A stretch of 32,000 bases of DNA. Origin: Desulfotalea psychrophila LSv54 (GTDB lineage: Bacteria > Desulfobacterota > Desulfobulbia > Desulfobulbales > Desulfocapsaceae). The notes beneath the pieces are model-generated. The model ran no database searches. It was not told the DNA's origin and worked only from the letters and a program-made list of their open reading frames with translations. A program made the translations under genes and the position numbers. The stretch lies in assembly GCF_000025945.1 (NCBI RefSeq), contig NC_006138.1, positions 1,500,001 through 1,532,000 on the forward strand. Direction: 5' to 3'. This document shows positions 1-9,217 of the stretch, piece after piece (the stretch's first letter is position 1; every line of letters begins with the position of its first letter).

Positions 1-788
1 GGTTTGTGAGCAGAAGTCTTGAGATTCGTCTGGGTGCCAGTTCGGATCTACCCGACGATACAGAGACCTTCTCTGCCTCGGGCCTTGATCGTTATCTGTT
101 GGAACAGGGTTTGGTAGAGGATCTGCTGGCAGGTAGAGAGGTGGCAGATATCTATCATGGTCTGGCCATAGAGGGGCGCTGGCCCCAGGGGACTCCGGGG
201 AGCCTCCTCTTTAAAAAACTCCTGACAGAGTTGGACGAATTTACCAACAGCATTCGTCAGATAGATCCCGGCCCGATTATCCAGACCCTTCCCATTGATC
301 AGCGTATTGGCCCCTATCGTCTTTTGGGGAAGGTTGCCCTGCGCCAGAATGGGATTTTTCTCCATCGTTATGCCAATCGTAAGGGCAAAGATCTACTTGA
401 GGCATGGTTATATCATCTGGTGGCGGGAAGGGAGCGACCGGATATTATCACCTGGCTGGTCTGTAAGGATGGGGTGCTGAAATTTTCAGAACAGCCGTCC
501 GAGGAGATGCTCCTTCTCTATCTGGAGCACTTTGCCTTTGGTGTTAATACCCTCTCCTCCTTTCAAGTTGAGGCGGCCTATGCCTATAGTTTGCACTGTC
601 AAAAGAAGAGTAAGAAGACACCGATGCAGGTAGCCGAGGAGACCTTGAAGGGGAGCGTGACAAAGGGGTATGAACCCGAGCTGGCCCTTGCCATCAGCGG
701 TGGAGTGGAGGAGTTTTTGGCGGGAGAATTTGAACGATACTGTATAGAGCTGATGTTGCCTATTTGGGAGTACGCCGATGAGTTATAA
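1..788 (+). CDS. recC: Exodeoxyribonuclease V gamma subunit (RecC), C-terminal part; CDS truncated by the window start
   Basis: Open frame from the window edge to TAA at 786-788. It overlaps the start of recB by a few bases. RecC-like C-terminal sequence (LEIRLGASSDLPDDTETFSASGLDRYLLEQGLVEDLL, KGKDLLEAWLYHL) and recC-recB-recD synteny. Confidence 0.85.
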   Translation, partial: FVSRSLEIRLGASSDLPDDTETFSASGLDRYLLEQGLVEDLLAGREVADIYHGLAIEGRWPQGTPGSLLFKKLLTELDEFTNSIRQIDPGPIIQTLPIDQRIGPYRLLGKVALRQNGIFLHRYANRKGKDLLEAWLYHLVAGRERPDIITWLVCKDGVLKFSEQPSEEMLLLYLEHFAFGVNTLSSFQVEAAYAYSLHCQKKSKKTPMQVAEETLKGSVTKGYEPELALAISGGVEEFLAGEFERYCIELMLPIWEYADEL

Positions 789-3700
789 AGCAGGAACGCC
801 TGATCCGATTATCTTTGATGTGGCCAAAACACCCATGGAGAGAGGGGTTAATTTTATAGAGGCCAGTGCCGGGACAGGAAAGACCTATGCCATTGGTATG
901 CTGGTCTTGCGGGCCATATGCGAGCAGGATATTGGCATTGATCGTATTCTTATTGTCACCTTTACCCGGGCGGCGGCCGAGGAGCTGCGTTCTCGGGTGC
1001 GGGCCCGTTTGGTGGAGGCCCGTGATCTTTTGCAGGGACGGCATGAGGATGCGAGTCTTCGTGCCTGGCAGGAGCATGCGGTAAAGGATGAGGGTGTGGC
1101 TCGACGCTTTATCTCTCGTCTGCAGCTGGCCATTGTCAATATTGACCGGGCAGGTATTTTCACCATCCACAGTTTTTGTCAGCGGATGCTCAGTGAGCAG
1201 GCCCTGGAAAGTGGTCAGCTCTTTAGGATGGATCTGCTTACCAGTCTCGATGACCTGCGTCTCCGGGCCGCCGAAGATTTTTGGCGTATTCATGTCTACT
1301 CCCTGTCTCCCTGGTCTTGTTCTTTGGTAATGGGCCAGTGGTCTTCTCCGGCGGATCTGCTCGCCAACGCCTTTGTCCATCTCCATGGCGATACCCGGAT
1401 AGAACCAGAGGTGGAAGATATCTCTCTTCTTTGGCAAAATCTCGAAGGAGCCATCGCCAGGATGAAGGAGTGGTGGCTCGGTTCGGGTACCGCCCTGCAG
1501 GAGGCCCTGGCCGAGGCCTGTGGCGAAGACAAGTTTAAGAAGGCCTTTGTCGCAGACTTTGCCGGCTCTTTCCGGGCCTGTGAAAAGTTCTTTCTGGGGC
1601 AGGCAGAAAAATTTCCGGCAAATCTCTCCTGGCTGACCGTGGCCGGGTTGAAGGTTGAGATAAACGGCAATAAGTTTCGTGGTAAGAAAAAGGATGAGAT
1701 CGACCCCTTTCTTAACAGCATGGGTCTGCCCGAAATGGCGGCCACGGAGTTACTGGAGCTCAAGAAGCAGCTCTTTATCGGCTACCGTATATTCTTTGCC
1801 GGAGAGCTGGAGCGAGGGGTAGGGCGGCAGCTGCAGGAGCATGGCTCCATCTCCTTTGATCAGCTTATTTCCCGTCTCGCAGCTGGGCTCTGCGGTGAGG
1901 AGACCCATTTGCAGACGGCCCTGCAAGCCCGTTATGATCTGGCCTTGATCGATGAGTTTCAGGATACTGATAACGAGCAGTGGCATATCTTCTCCAAGCT
2001 CTTTGCCTCGAAAAAGCACAGCCTCTACCTCATCGGTGACCCCAAACAGGCCATCTATAAGTTTCGTGGTGCCGATATCTATTCATATTTTACTGCCCGA
2101 ACCAAGACGGATTATTTTTATAGTCTTGATACGAACTATCGCTCCCACCGGGACCTGGTCCGGGGGGTAAATGGTCTCTTCGCGGGCTCCGATGACCCCT
2201 TTCTCTTTAAGGAGGAGGGCCTGCTCTACTATCCGGTCAAATCGGGTAAGAGTAGGGATGTCTACCTGGTTGATGCCGAGAAGAAGCCCCTTGTCCCCTT
2301 TGTCTATCTACAGCTTGAGGAGAATGACGATGATAAAAAGGGCAAGTGGAGCTCGGCCCTGGCTAGAACTGCCATTCGCGGGGACATTGTTGCGGAAACT
2401 CTCCATCTTCTCTCGATCAGCGAGCCCACCTCCATCCATAAGCTGAACAGGGATGGTCAGTCGATTTATCAGCCCCTTCGTCCTCAGGATATAGCCGTTC
2501 TGGTGCGTTCAAATAGTCAGGCCGAGGCCTATCAGCAGGCCTTTTTGCAGGTGGGTGTTCCTGCCATTATTGCCGGGCGCAAGACTATCTTTGAAACCGA
2601 TGAGAGCCATGAACTCCTGCTCCTTCTGCAGGCAATCATTGACCACGACGACCTACGTCTGCTGAAAACGGCCATGACCATCTCCCTCTTTGCCTGTACG
2701 GGGGATGATATCATGGCAATCTGGCAGGATGAGCAGGCGGTGGCGGAGTGGTATAATGTTTTCCTGCAGTGCTATCATCTTTGGTCCGAGCGTGGGGTGC
2801 TGACCATGCTCTATTTTCTGGTTGATAGCAAAGAGCTCTTTGCCAATTTGGTCCAGTTCTCTCAGCCGGAGAGACGTATTGCCAACTTTACCCATCTCTT
2901 TGAGGTCTTGCAGCAGGCGGAAACTGCTGCCAATTTGGGTCCACGTCAGAGTCTTCTCTGGTTGCGCTCAGCTCTTACGGGGAAACAAAAAAACGATGCC
3001 TTTGAACTGCGGCTTGAAAGTGATGAAGAGGCCCTGCAGATTGTGACCATGCACAGCTCAAAGGGGCTGCAGTATCCCGTTGTCTTTTGCCCCGATCTCT
3101 ACGGCCGCTCTGCCCGTATTAAAAACGAGAAGAACGTTATCTCCTGTCATGATGGTGGCGCTGTTATCGATTTTGGTTCCGAACATTTTTCTGAACGTCG
3201 GGAGCGGGCCTGTCGGGAGGAGTTGGCCGAAGATCTGCGACTTGCCTATGTTGCCCTGACCCGGGCCGAACTTCGTTCTTATACCTATTGGGCGGATATA
3301 AGTGCCCGGGGCGCCGGGGTAGATGCCTCCCTTAATTCAGCCCTTGGCCATCTTCTCTTTGCCGGTGACGATATTGACTATGAGGAACAGCAGGAGCGTT
3401 TAAAGGTGCTTGCCAGAGAAAGTGGCGCTCTCTTTCAGCACGTTTCGGCAGAGCCTGCCACCTGCTCTTCCTATGGCGCAGAGAGGAGAGTAAAGAGCCT
3501 GGCTACCCGTCCCCACCGCCCCCGCCTTTTGGCAACAGATTGGCAGATGACCAGTTATTCGGCCCTGGCCTCCCTCGGCGATCATGCCCCCGTCGTTCAG
3601 TTTGACAGGGATGCGCTGGCAGATGCGCCGCGTATCGCCTTTGCCGAACTGCCCAAGGGCGCTCGCTTCGGTAATGCGGTCCATGATCTCCTGGAGAAGT

Positions 3701-4353
3701 GTGCTTTTGCCGATCTTGTCCTACATGCCGATGATCTCCATGTTCAGGGTATGATGGAGCAAAAATGCGAGGAGTACGGTCTGCAGCTCGATCAGGAGCT
3801 CTTCACCCAACTCTTTGTCCAGGCGTGTTCCACTCCTCTCTTTGCAGGAGGTTTTTCCCTAGCCGATTTGAGCCGGAGCCGCTGCCTGAAGGAGATGGAG
3901 TTTTACCTGCGCCTAGCCCATATTAATTTGGCTGAGATAAACACCATCCTCGCAGATGAGCCGACGGTGCAGGCCATATCTGCTAAAAAGATGAGGGGCT
4001 ATATGACGGGCTTTATAGATCTTGTCTGTCAGCACGAGGGCAAATACTATGTGGTGGATTATAAGAGTAACTATCTGGGCGAACTGCAGAGCGATTATAG
4101 CGGTGATAGTCTGGTGCAGGTAATGGCCGCTCATAATTATGGACTGCAGTACTATATTTACAGCCTTGTTCTGCATCAGCATCTTCAGACCTTTGTTGAG
4201 GGATACTCCTATGAGGAACATTTTGGTGGGGTTATGTATCTCTTTGTTCGTGGCATGGATCCGGATATTGCTGGTAGTGGTGTCTTTGCCACCAGGCCTG
4301 CCAGAGGGCTCATTGAGGCCCTTGATCGTCTTATTGGCGGAGGAGAAGAGTAA
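778..4353 (+). CDS. recB: Exodeoxyribonuclease V beta subunit (RecB), UvrD-like helicase plus nuclease domain
   Basis: 1191 aa. Walker A FIEASAGTGKTYAI; DEFQDTDNEQW; YKFRGADIYSYF; TMHSSKGLQYPVVF; YVALTRAE; C-terminal nuclease motif FIDLVCQHEGKYYVVDYKSNYLG. Confidence 0.97.
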   Translation: MSYKAGTPDPIIFDVAKTPMERGVNFIEASAGTGKTYAIGMLVLRAICEQDIGIDRILIVTFTRAAAEELRSRVRARLVEARDLLQGRHEDASLRAWQEHAVKDEGVARRFISRLQLAIVNIDRAGIFTIHSFCQRMLSEQALESGQLFRMDLLTSLDDLRLRAAEDFWRIHVYSLSPWSCSLVMGQWSSPADLLANAFVHLHGDTRIEPEVEDISLLWQNLEGAIARMKEWWLGSGTALQEALAEACGEDKFKKAFVADFAGSFRACEKFFLGQAEKFPANLSWLTVAGLKVEINGNKFRGKKKDEIDPFLNSMGLPEMAATELLELKKQLFIGYRIFFAGELERGVGRQLQEHGSISFDQLISRLAAGLCGEETHLQTALQARYDLALIDEFQDTDNEQWHIFSKLFASKKHSLYLIGDPKQAIYKFRGADIYSYFTARTKTDYFYSLDTNYRSHRDLVRGVNGLFAGSDDPFLFKEEGLLYYPVKSGKSRDVYLVDAEKKPLVPFVYLQLEENDDDKKGKWSSALARTAIRGDIVAETLHLLSISEPTSIHKLNRDGQSIYQPLRPQDIAVLVRSNSQAEAYQQAFLQVGVPAIIAGRKTIFETDESHELLLLLQAIIDHDDLRLLKTAMTISLFACTGDDIMAIWQDEQAVAEWYNVFLQCYHLWSERGVLTMLYFLVDSKELFANLVQFSQPERRIANFTHLFEVLQQAETAANLGPRQSLLWLRSALTGKQKNDAFELRLESDEEALQIVTMHSSKGLQYPVVFCPDLYGRSARIKNEKNVISCHDGGAVIDFGSEHFSERRERACREELAEDLRLAYVALTRAELRSYTYWADISARGAGVDASLNSALGHLLFAGDDIDYEEQQERLKVLARESGALFQHVSAEPATCSSYGAERRVKSLATRPHRPRLLATDWQMTSYSALASLGDHAPVVQFDRDALADAPRIAFAELPKGARFGNAVHDLLEKCAFADLVLHADDLHVQGMMEQKCEEYGLQLDQELFTQLFVQACSTPLFAGGFSLADLSRSRCLKEMEFYLRLAHINLAEINTILADEPTVQAISAKKMRGYMTGFIDLVCQHEGKYYVVDYKSNYLGELQSDYSGDSLVQVMAAHNYGLQYYIYSLVLHQHLQTFVEGYSYEEHFGGVMYLFVRGMDPDIAGSGVFATRPARGLIEALDRLIGGGEE

Positions 4354-5988
4354 TGGCTGATAACTTATTAGAAAAACATTTCACTGAGTTTTTAACGGGT
4401 ATTTCTGGCTTAGCAGGCGAAGAGGCCCTGAGGTTTTCTGGGATCATCTCTGGCCTGATGCAGCATCTTGCCGGTGGTAGTAGCTGTGTCGAATTGGCGA
4501 AGGGGGAGTTGGCTCTGCTCGGCAAAAGTACCCTGAGCACTCAGGTGGCCGGGATTGACGAGACTCCGCTAACGCCTCTTGTCCTCTATGGCAGACGACT
4601 CTATCTGCAGCGATACTTTGTCTATGAGGCCCGTCTTGCCCGGCAGTTACTTGACTATGCCTCTGGGCAGTCTGTTCTTCGGATAGATCCCGATCTGTTG
4701 GCCGCAACCTTTCCCGAAGAGCTGGACGAGGGTGAAGAAAACCATCAGCAAAAGGCCGCAGAGAAGGCACTGCAGACACCCTTTCTGGTGGTGTCGGGCG
4801 GGCCGGGTACGGGGAAAACCACCACCGTTGTTCGTATTCTTGCCCTTCTTCATCATGCCATTGGCCATAAACTTGATGTGGCCTTGGCTGCTCCGACGGG
4901 GAAGGCCGCTCAGCGTCTCTATGAATCGATTCTCGGCGGTGCCGACCGTCTACCCGAGCAGCTACGACGGGACGTTGGTGAGTGGCTTCCTGAAAAGGCG
5001 GTTACCCTGCATCGGCTTTTGGGGACTCAGTTAAACTCCACCAGATTTCGTCATAACAGAGAAAATCCCTTAGGTTGGGATCTGGTCCTTCTCGATGAGG
5101 CGTCGATGATTGATCTGGCCATGATGAGTAAACTTGTCGATGCCCTTAAGCCGGGCGGGCGTCTTATCTTATTGGGTGATAAGGATCAGTTAGCCTCGGT
5201 GGAGTCAGGAACTGTTCTGGCCACGGTGATATCCGGGCTTGCCCGTTGTAGCGCTCAGCTGATAAAGACCTATCGGTTCAACGATGAGATAAAGGCCATT
5301 GCCATCGCCACCAATGCCGGCAATGGCCATCGTGCCTGGCAGCTGCTGGAGAAGAGAGCTGTTGAGGATTGGCAGGCTTATATAGAGGGTAACTATCGAA
5401 AGTATATTAGCTCTGTGCAGATGCTTAGCGGCTCCGGGGCTGAGGATGCCTTTGCCTCACTGAAAAAATTTATGGTTCTCTGTGGCACCCGGAGGGGGAG
5501 GAGGGCGGTAGAGGGGATTAATCAAATGGTGGAGGAAGATCTGCTCCGGCAGGGCCTGAGGGGAAGCAATAGCTCTTGGTATATCGGTAGACCTATTTTA
5601 ATTAGTCAAAATGACTATAACCTCGGCCTCTATAACGGCGATATTGGTATCTGTCTGCCGGATGAGGATGGCATGTTGAAGGTGTGGTTTGAAACGGGCA
5701 GTGGAACATTTATCCGTTTTCTTCCTGTTGCCCTTTCAGATTATGATACAGTTTTCGCCATGACGGTACATAAGAGTCAGGGCTCCGAGTTTACAGAGGT
5801 GATGATGGTTCTGCCCATCGAGGATAATCCCGTACTCTGTCGGGAGTTGATTTATACCGGGTATTACCCGGGCCAAGGAGTGTGTGCGAATGGTTGCGGA
5901 AAAACAGATATTTATTGCTTCGCTTGCCCGTTTTAATCAGCGGCAAAGTGGTTTGGAAGAGATGCTCCAAGAAAGAGACGCAGGTTAG
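4353..5988 (+). pseudogene. recD: Exodeoxyribonuclease V alpha subunit (RecD) with an apparent 1-nt insertion near 5862; the as-read ORF ends at 5936
   Basis: The as-read ORF 4353..5936 has Walker A VVSGGPGTGKTTT, DEASMIDL and AMTVHKSQGSEF, then diverges after ELIYTG. Removing one base at about 5862 gives ELIYTGITRAKECVRMVAEKQIFIASLARFNQRQSGLEEMLQERDAG* with a stop at 5986-5988. This restores canonical motif VI and ends just before the next gene at 6001. Confidence 0.9.
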
Positions 5989-6000
5989 GATGGTGGAGAA

Positions 6001-6894
6001 ATGCAAAGATATTTTGGCGTATTGGCGGCAACAGCCGCCTTTACTATGTGGGGAAGTTTACCTGTTTTTTGGAAGCAGATTGCCATGGTGCCCTCTCTGG
6101 AGGTGCTCTGTCACAGGACAGTTTGGTCTCTTGTCCTAACCTTGTTTATTGTCCTGGCCTTTGGCAGGAGACGAAAGGTGGTGGCGGCCATGACGAGGGA
6201 AAATGTCAAGATTTTAACCATCAGCGCTCTTTTGGTGGCCGCCAACTGGTTGCTCTCTATCTGGGCGATTAATTCCGGTTATATCGTCGCCACAAGTCTG
6301 GGCTATTTTATCAGCCCTCTGATTAACGTTGCCCTGGCCTATCTCTTTTTTGCTGAGAGATTGCGGCGAGCTCAGAGTCTGGCCCTTTTGCTGGCCCTCT
6401 CTGCGGTGGTGTATCTTGCCGTATATTACGGAGAATTTCCCTGGATAGCCCTGGGACTTGCTGTCAGCTTTGCCATCTATGGGGCGATGCATAAAAGGAT
6501 TACCGTATCGGCACTTGACGCTCTCTTTATAGAGACCTTGATACTCGCCCTGCCTGCTGCAGGCTATCTCGTCTGGCTGCAATATAGGGGGATTGGTTCA
6601 TTCTTTGCTCACGGTACTGAGGTCAGCTTTTTTCTGATGGGTGGCGGAGTGGTGACCACTATTCCTCTGCTCTGTTTTGGCTATGCCGCTCAACATTTAC
6701 GTCTGGGTACCCTGGGTATTTTTCAATATCTTACTCCAAGTCTCAGCCTTGTTATTGGTGTGTTCCTCTACAGTGAGGCCTTTCCGTCGGAGAGGATGGT
6801 GGGCTTTTCTCTTATCTGGTTGGCACTTTTGCTCTATATGGGAGAAGGCTTTTTCCAACGATATGGGCATGCCCGGGCCATCTTAGACAGATAG
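6001..6894 (+). CDS. rarD: RarD/EamA-family (DMT superfamily) permease, copy 1
   Basis: 297 aa, multi-TM. MQRYFGVLAATAAFTMWGSLPVFWKQ...LEVLCHRTVWSL...NWLLSIWAINSGYIVATSLGYFISPLINV is typical of RarD. GGAG-type RBS upstream. Confidence 0.9.
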   Translation: MQRYFGVLAATAAFTMWGSLPVFWKQIAMVPSLEVLCHRTVWSLVLTLFIVLAFGRRRKVVAAMTRENVKILTISALLVAANWLLSIWAINSGYIVATSLGYFISPLINVALAYLFFAERLRRAQSLALLLALSAVVYLAVYYGEFPWIALGLAVSFAIYGAMHKRITVSALDALFIETLILALPAAGYLVWLQYRGIGSFFAHGTEVSFFLMGGGVVTTIPLLCFGYAAQHLRLGTLGIFQYLTPSLSLVIGVFLYSEAFPSERMVGFSLIWLALLLYMGEGFFQRYGHARAILDR

Positions 6895-7077
6895 GTGTAG
6901 ATCGTTATGGGGGCGCCCTTGTTCTCTGTAGTCAGAACAAATATCTTTGTTTTTATTTATATATGAGTATTCTGCGGGAAAATATTGTCCCCCACCTTGA
7001 GCAGTGGCACTTCGGTGCCTGTGACCGAAATTCAGGGGCAGAAATGTAAAGAAAAAACAGATGAGGACGGTGCAAGG

Positions 7078-7977
7078 ATGCAAAGATATTTTGGCGTATT
7101 GGCGGCAATAGCTGCCTTTGCCATGTGGGGAAGTTTGCCTATCTATTGGAAGCAGGTGGCCATGGTGCCTGCTCTGGAGGTACTCTGTCATAGAACGGCC
7201 TGGTCACTTTTGGTCACGGCAATTATAGTTTTTTCTCTTGGCCGCTGGCGGGAGGTTATGGCCGAGATGAAGAGAGGGGGGAATATAAAAATTCTCCTCA
7301 GTAGTGCTCTTTTGCTAGCCGCCAACTGGTTATTATATATTTGGGCGGTTAATTCGGGCTATATCATCGAGGCGAGTCTCGGTTATTTTATAAACCCTCT
7401 GATTAATATAGGTTGTGGCTGTCTCTTTTTTGGAGAACGATTGCGCCGAGGTCAGATTCTGGCACTTTTCATTGCAAGCTGTGCTGTGATTTATCTTACC
7501 GTCTATTACGGAAGATTTCCGTGGATAGCTATTACCCTTGCCTTTAGCTTTGCCGCCTATGCTGTGGTTCATAAAAAGACGACCGTCTCGGCAGTTAATG
7601 CCCTCTTTATAGAAACTGTCATGCTCTTTTTGCCGGCAGTAGCTTATATAGCTTGGCTTCAGTATACGGGGGTGGGCTCATTCTTGCTCCATGGCAGGGC
7701 AACAACGTTATTTTTAGTAGGGGCAGGAGTCGCAACCACCATCCCTCTGCTCTGTTTTGGTTATGCCGCCCATAACCTACGACTGGCAACTCTGGGGATT
7801 TTTCAATATATTGCCCCGAGTCTCAGCCTTGTCATTGGTATTTTTCTTTACGGGGAAGATTTTCCCGCTCAACGAATGGTGGGCTTTTGTCTTATTTGGC
7901 TGGCGATTCTTTTGTATATGGGCGAGAGCTTTTATCAACGCAATAAACAAAATAAGGCTCTAGGTCACGGGGAGTAG
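7078..7977 (+). CDS. rarD: RarD/EamA-family permease, copy 2 (tandem paralogue); ORF open from 6985 but the start is probably 7078
   Basis: MQRYFGVLAAIAAFAMWGSLPIYWKQVAMVPALEVLCHRTAWSL... aligns end to end with copy 1. The first 31 nt are identical to 6001-6031. Confidence 0.9.
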   Translation: MQRYFGVLAAIAAFAMWGSLPIYWKQVAMVPALEVLCHRTAWSLLVTAIIVFSLGRWREVMAEMKRGGNIKILLSSALLLAANWLLYIWAVNSGYIIEASLGYFINPLINIGCGCLFFGERLRRGQILALFIASCAVIYLTVYYGRFPWIAITLAFSFAAYAVVHKKTTVSAVNALFIETVMLFLPAVAYIAWLQYTGVGSFLLHGRATTLFLVGAGVATTIPLLCFGYAAHNLRLATLGIFQYIAPSLSLVIGIFLYGEDFPAQRMVGFCLIWLAILLYMGESFYQRNKQNKALGHGE

Positions 7978-7988
7978 TAGTTTTTTAC

Positions 7989-8022
7989 AGAGTTACCCGT
8001 GGACAGTTCTACGGGTAACTCT
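7989..8022. terminator. Perfect 12-bp stem-loop between convergent genes, possible transcription end region
   Basis: AGAGTTACCCGT-GGACAGTTCT-ACGGGTAACTCT between rarD copy 2 (+) and the PNPOx gene (-). There is no good U-tract on either strand. Confidence 0.55.
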
Positions 8023-8030
8023 CTTCCTAC

Positions 8031-8408
8031 CTAGAGCAGTTTTTCTGCACCTGCATAGACCTCTTCAATCTTGAGTGCCGTTGCCGCATGGCCAGGATGC
8101 TTTACTGGATTCCAGCTCTTCATATCTGTAAAAATAGGGCCTTCGGTGTGGTACTCAATGCTGCCCTTCACCTGGTATGCCTTTCCCTCTTTTGTAATGA
8201 AAAGGATCGATCCCTTGCTGCCAGCAGTTATATTTTTTAATGTCTTAGAAAAATAATTGTTGGCAACAACCAGGGTCTCTTCGTTGTACTTTGACACACA
8301 GGTGGCATAAATTGAATTAGGCATTCCGGCTGCGTCGACGGTAGTGAGGATAATTGCCGCTTCTCGATTGTCCCAGGCACTGCTTACTTTTTCAGGTAGT
8401 GTGGCCAT
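8031..8408 (-). CDS. Pyridoxamine 5'-phosphate oxidase-fold (PNPOx/flavin reductase-like) family protein
   Basis: 125 aa. MATLPEKVSSAWDNREAAIILTTVDAAGMPNSIYATCVSKYNEETLVVANNYFSKTLKNI matches the FMN-binding split-barrel pattern. Confidence 0.8.
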   Translation of the reverse strand: MATLPEKVSSAWDNREAAIILTTVDAAGMPNSIYATCVSKYNEETLVVANNYFSKTLKNITAGSKGSILFITKEGKAYQVKGSIEYHTEGPIFTDMKSWNPVKHPGHAATALKIEEVYAGAEKLL

Positions 8409-9019
8409 TGTTTCTCCTTGGTATCTATTCTGTCTTAAAATGTTTTTTTTCTGCCTCAGCTATGGCAGGGGTAGAAAAATTAGTAATCCATTGCTTCCTA
8501 AGGGGCAAGTGGAAATGTTCTGTGAAATTAAAGGTTTTTGCTCTTTTTGTCAAAGAAGATATCGGGAGAGAGAAATATTTAAATCTCGGTCGTTATGTCA
8601 TTCTGTTGTTGAGGGAACTTTTCTCTTTATGAATGTGAATTGACTTTGTCATAGAGACCTGAGTTATTGGAATAATCTCCATTGTTATTCGACTGAGCTT
8701 TTCCACATTTTGCCATTATGACCGATTTCCTGATGTTGATTGTCCTCATGATATTGCTGATTTCCAGATTAGCATTGATGATGAGAACGGAGATCTTACG
8801 GTGATGTTTTTTCCGGAAAAGCGAGGGGCACATAATCACGGCATCGAAATAAAAACGGTTCGCGACTGCAATTAATTTTTGCATGGATTAGTTGTAACGT
8901 GAGGATTTTTGTCCGTTTTGCGCATAATTGTGTAAACAGGGCTATCATGGTTTGTTTGCCTTTTTGCTACTGCCTTGCAGGGCAATTATTTGATTTATAA
9001 GGAAAAAAAGTTGCATCGA

Positions 9020-9083
9020 GGCCATTGGCCGGCTAGGATGTCCTTGGTTTTGAAGACAACTGAGGGTTGGGCTGGCTTTTTTT
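9020..9083 (+). promoter_or_regulatory. Terminator/attenuator-like structure in the leader of the molybdate-type ABC operon
   Basis: GCCGGCT (9028-9034) pairs with GGCTGGC (9070-9076), and inner CCTTGGTT (9042-9049) pairs with AACTGAGG (9058-9065), both allowing G-U pairs. A T7 tract follows at 9077-9083. GGCC-ATT-GGCC (9020-9030) would compete for 9028-9030. Confidence 0.45.
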
Positions 9084-9217
9084 CTTAGGGGCGGCTGATT
9101 GATTTAGGCGTTTCACGGAGAAGCGATTGCCTATCAACCTGTTATCATCTCACCGTGTTTTGAGAAGAAACGGACGGGGAGCGTCCTATATACGAGAATT
9201 TTTTTTGGGGAGAAGAA

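Noticed and set aside
760-1437. 225-aa minus-strand ORF opposite recB
   Set aside because: It is antisense to the well-supported recB, with low-complexity non-family-like sequence, and is most likely a shadow ORF. The same applies to the other antisense ORFs within recB, recD, ppdK and dctM.
5850-5880. Programmed +1 frameshift in recD
   Set aside because: No known slippery codon/RBS-like stimulator is visible, and RecD is not known to use recoding. A mutation or sequencing error at the hairpin is a simpler explanation.
8627-8884. 85-aa minus-strand ORF and overlapping + ORFs at 8344-8643
   Set aside because: Asn/Cys-rich or arbitrary composition with no RBS and no motifs; treated as non-coding.
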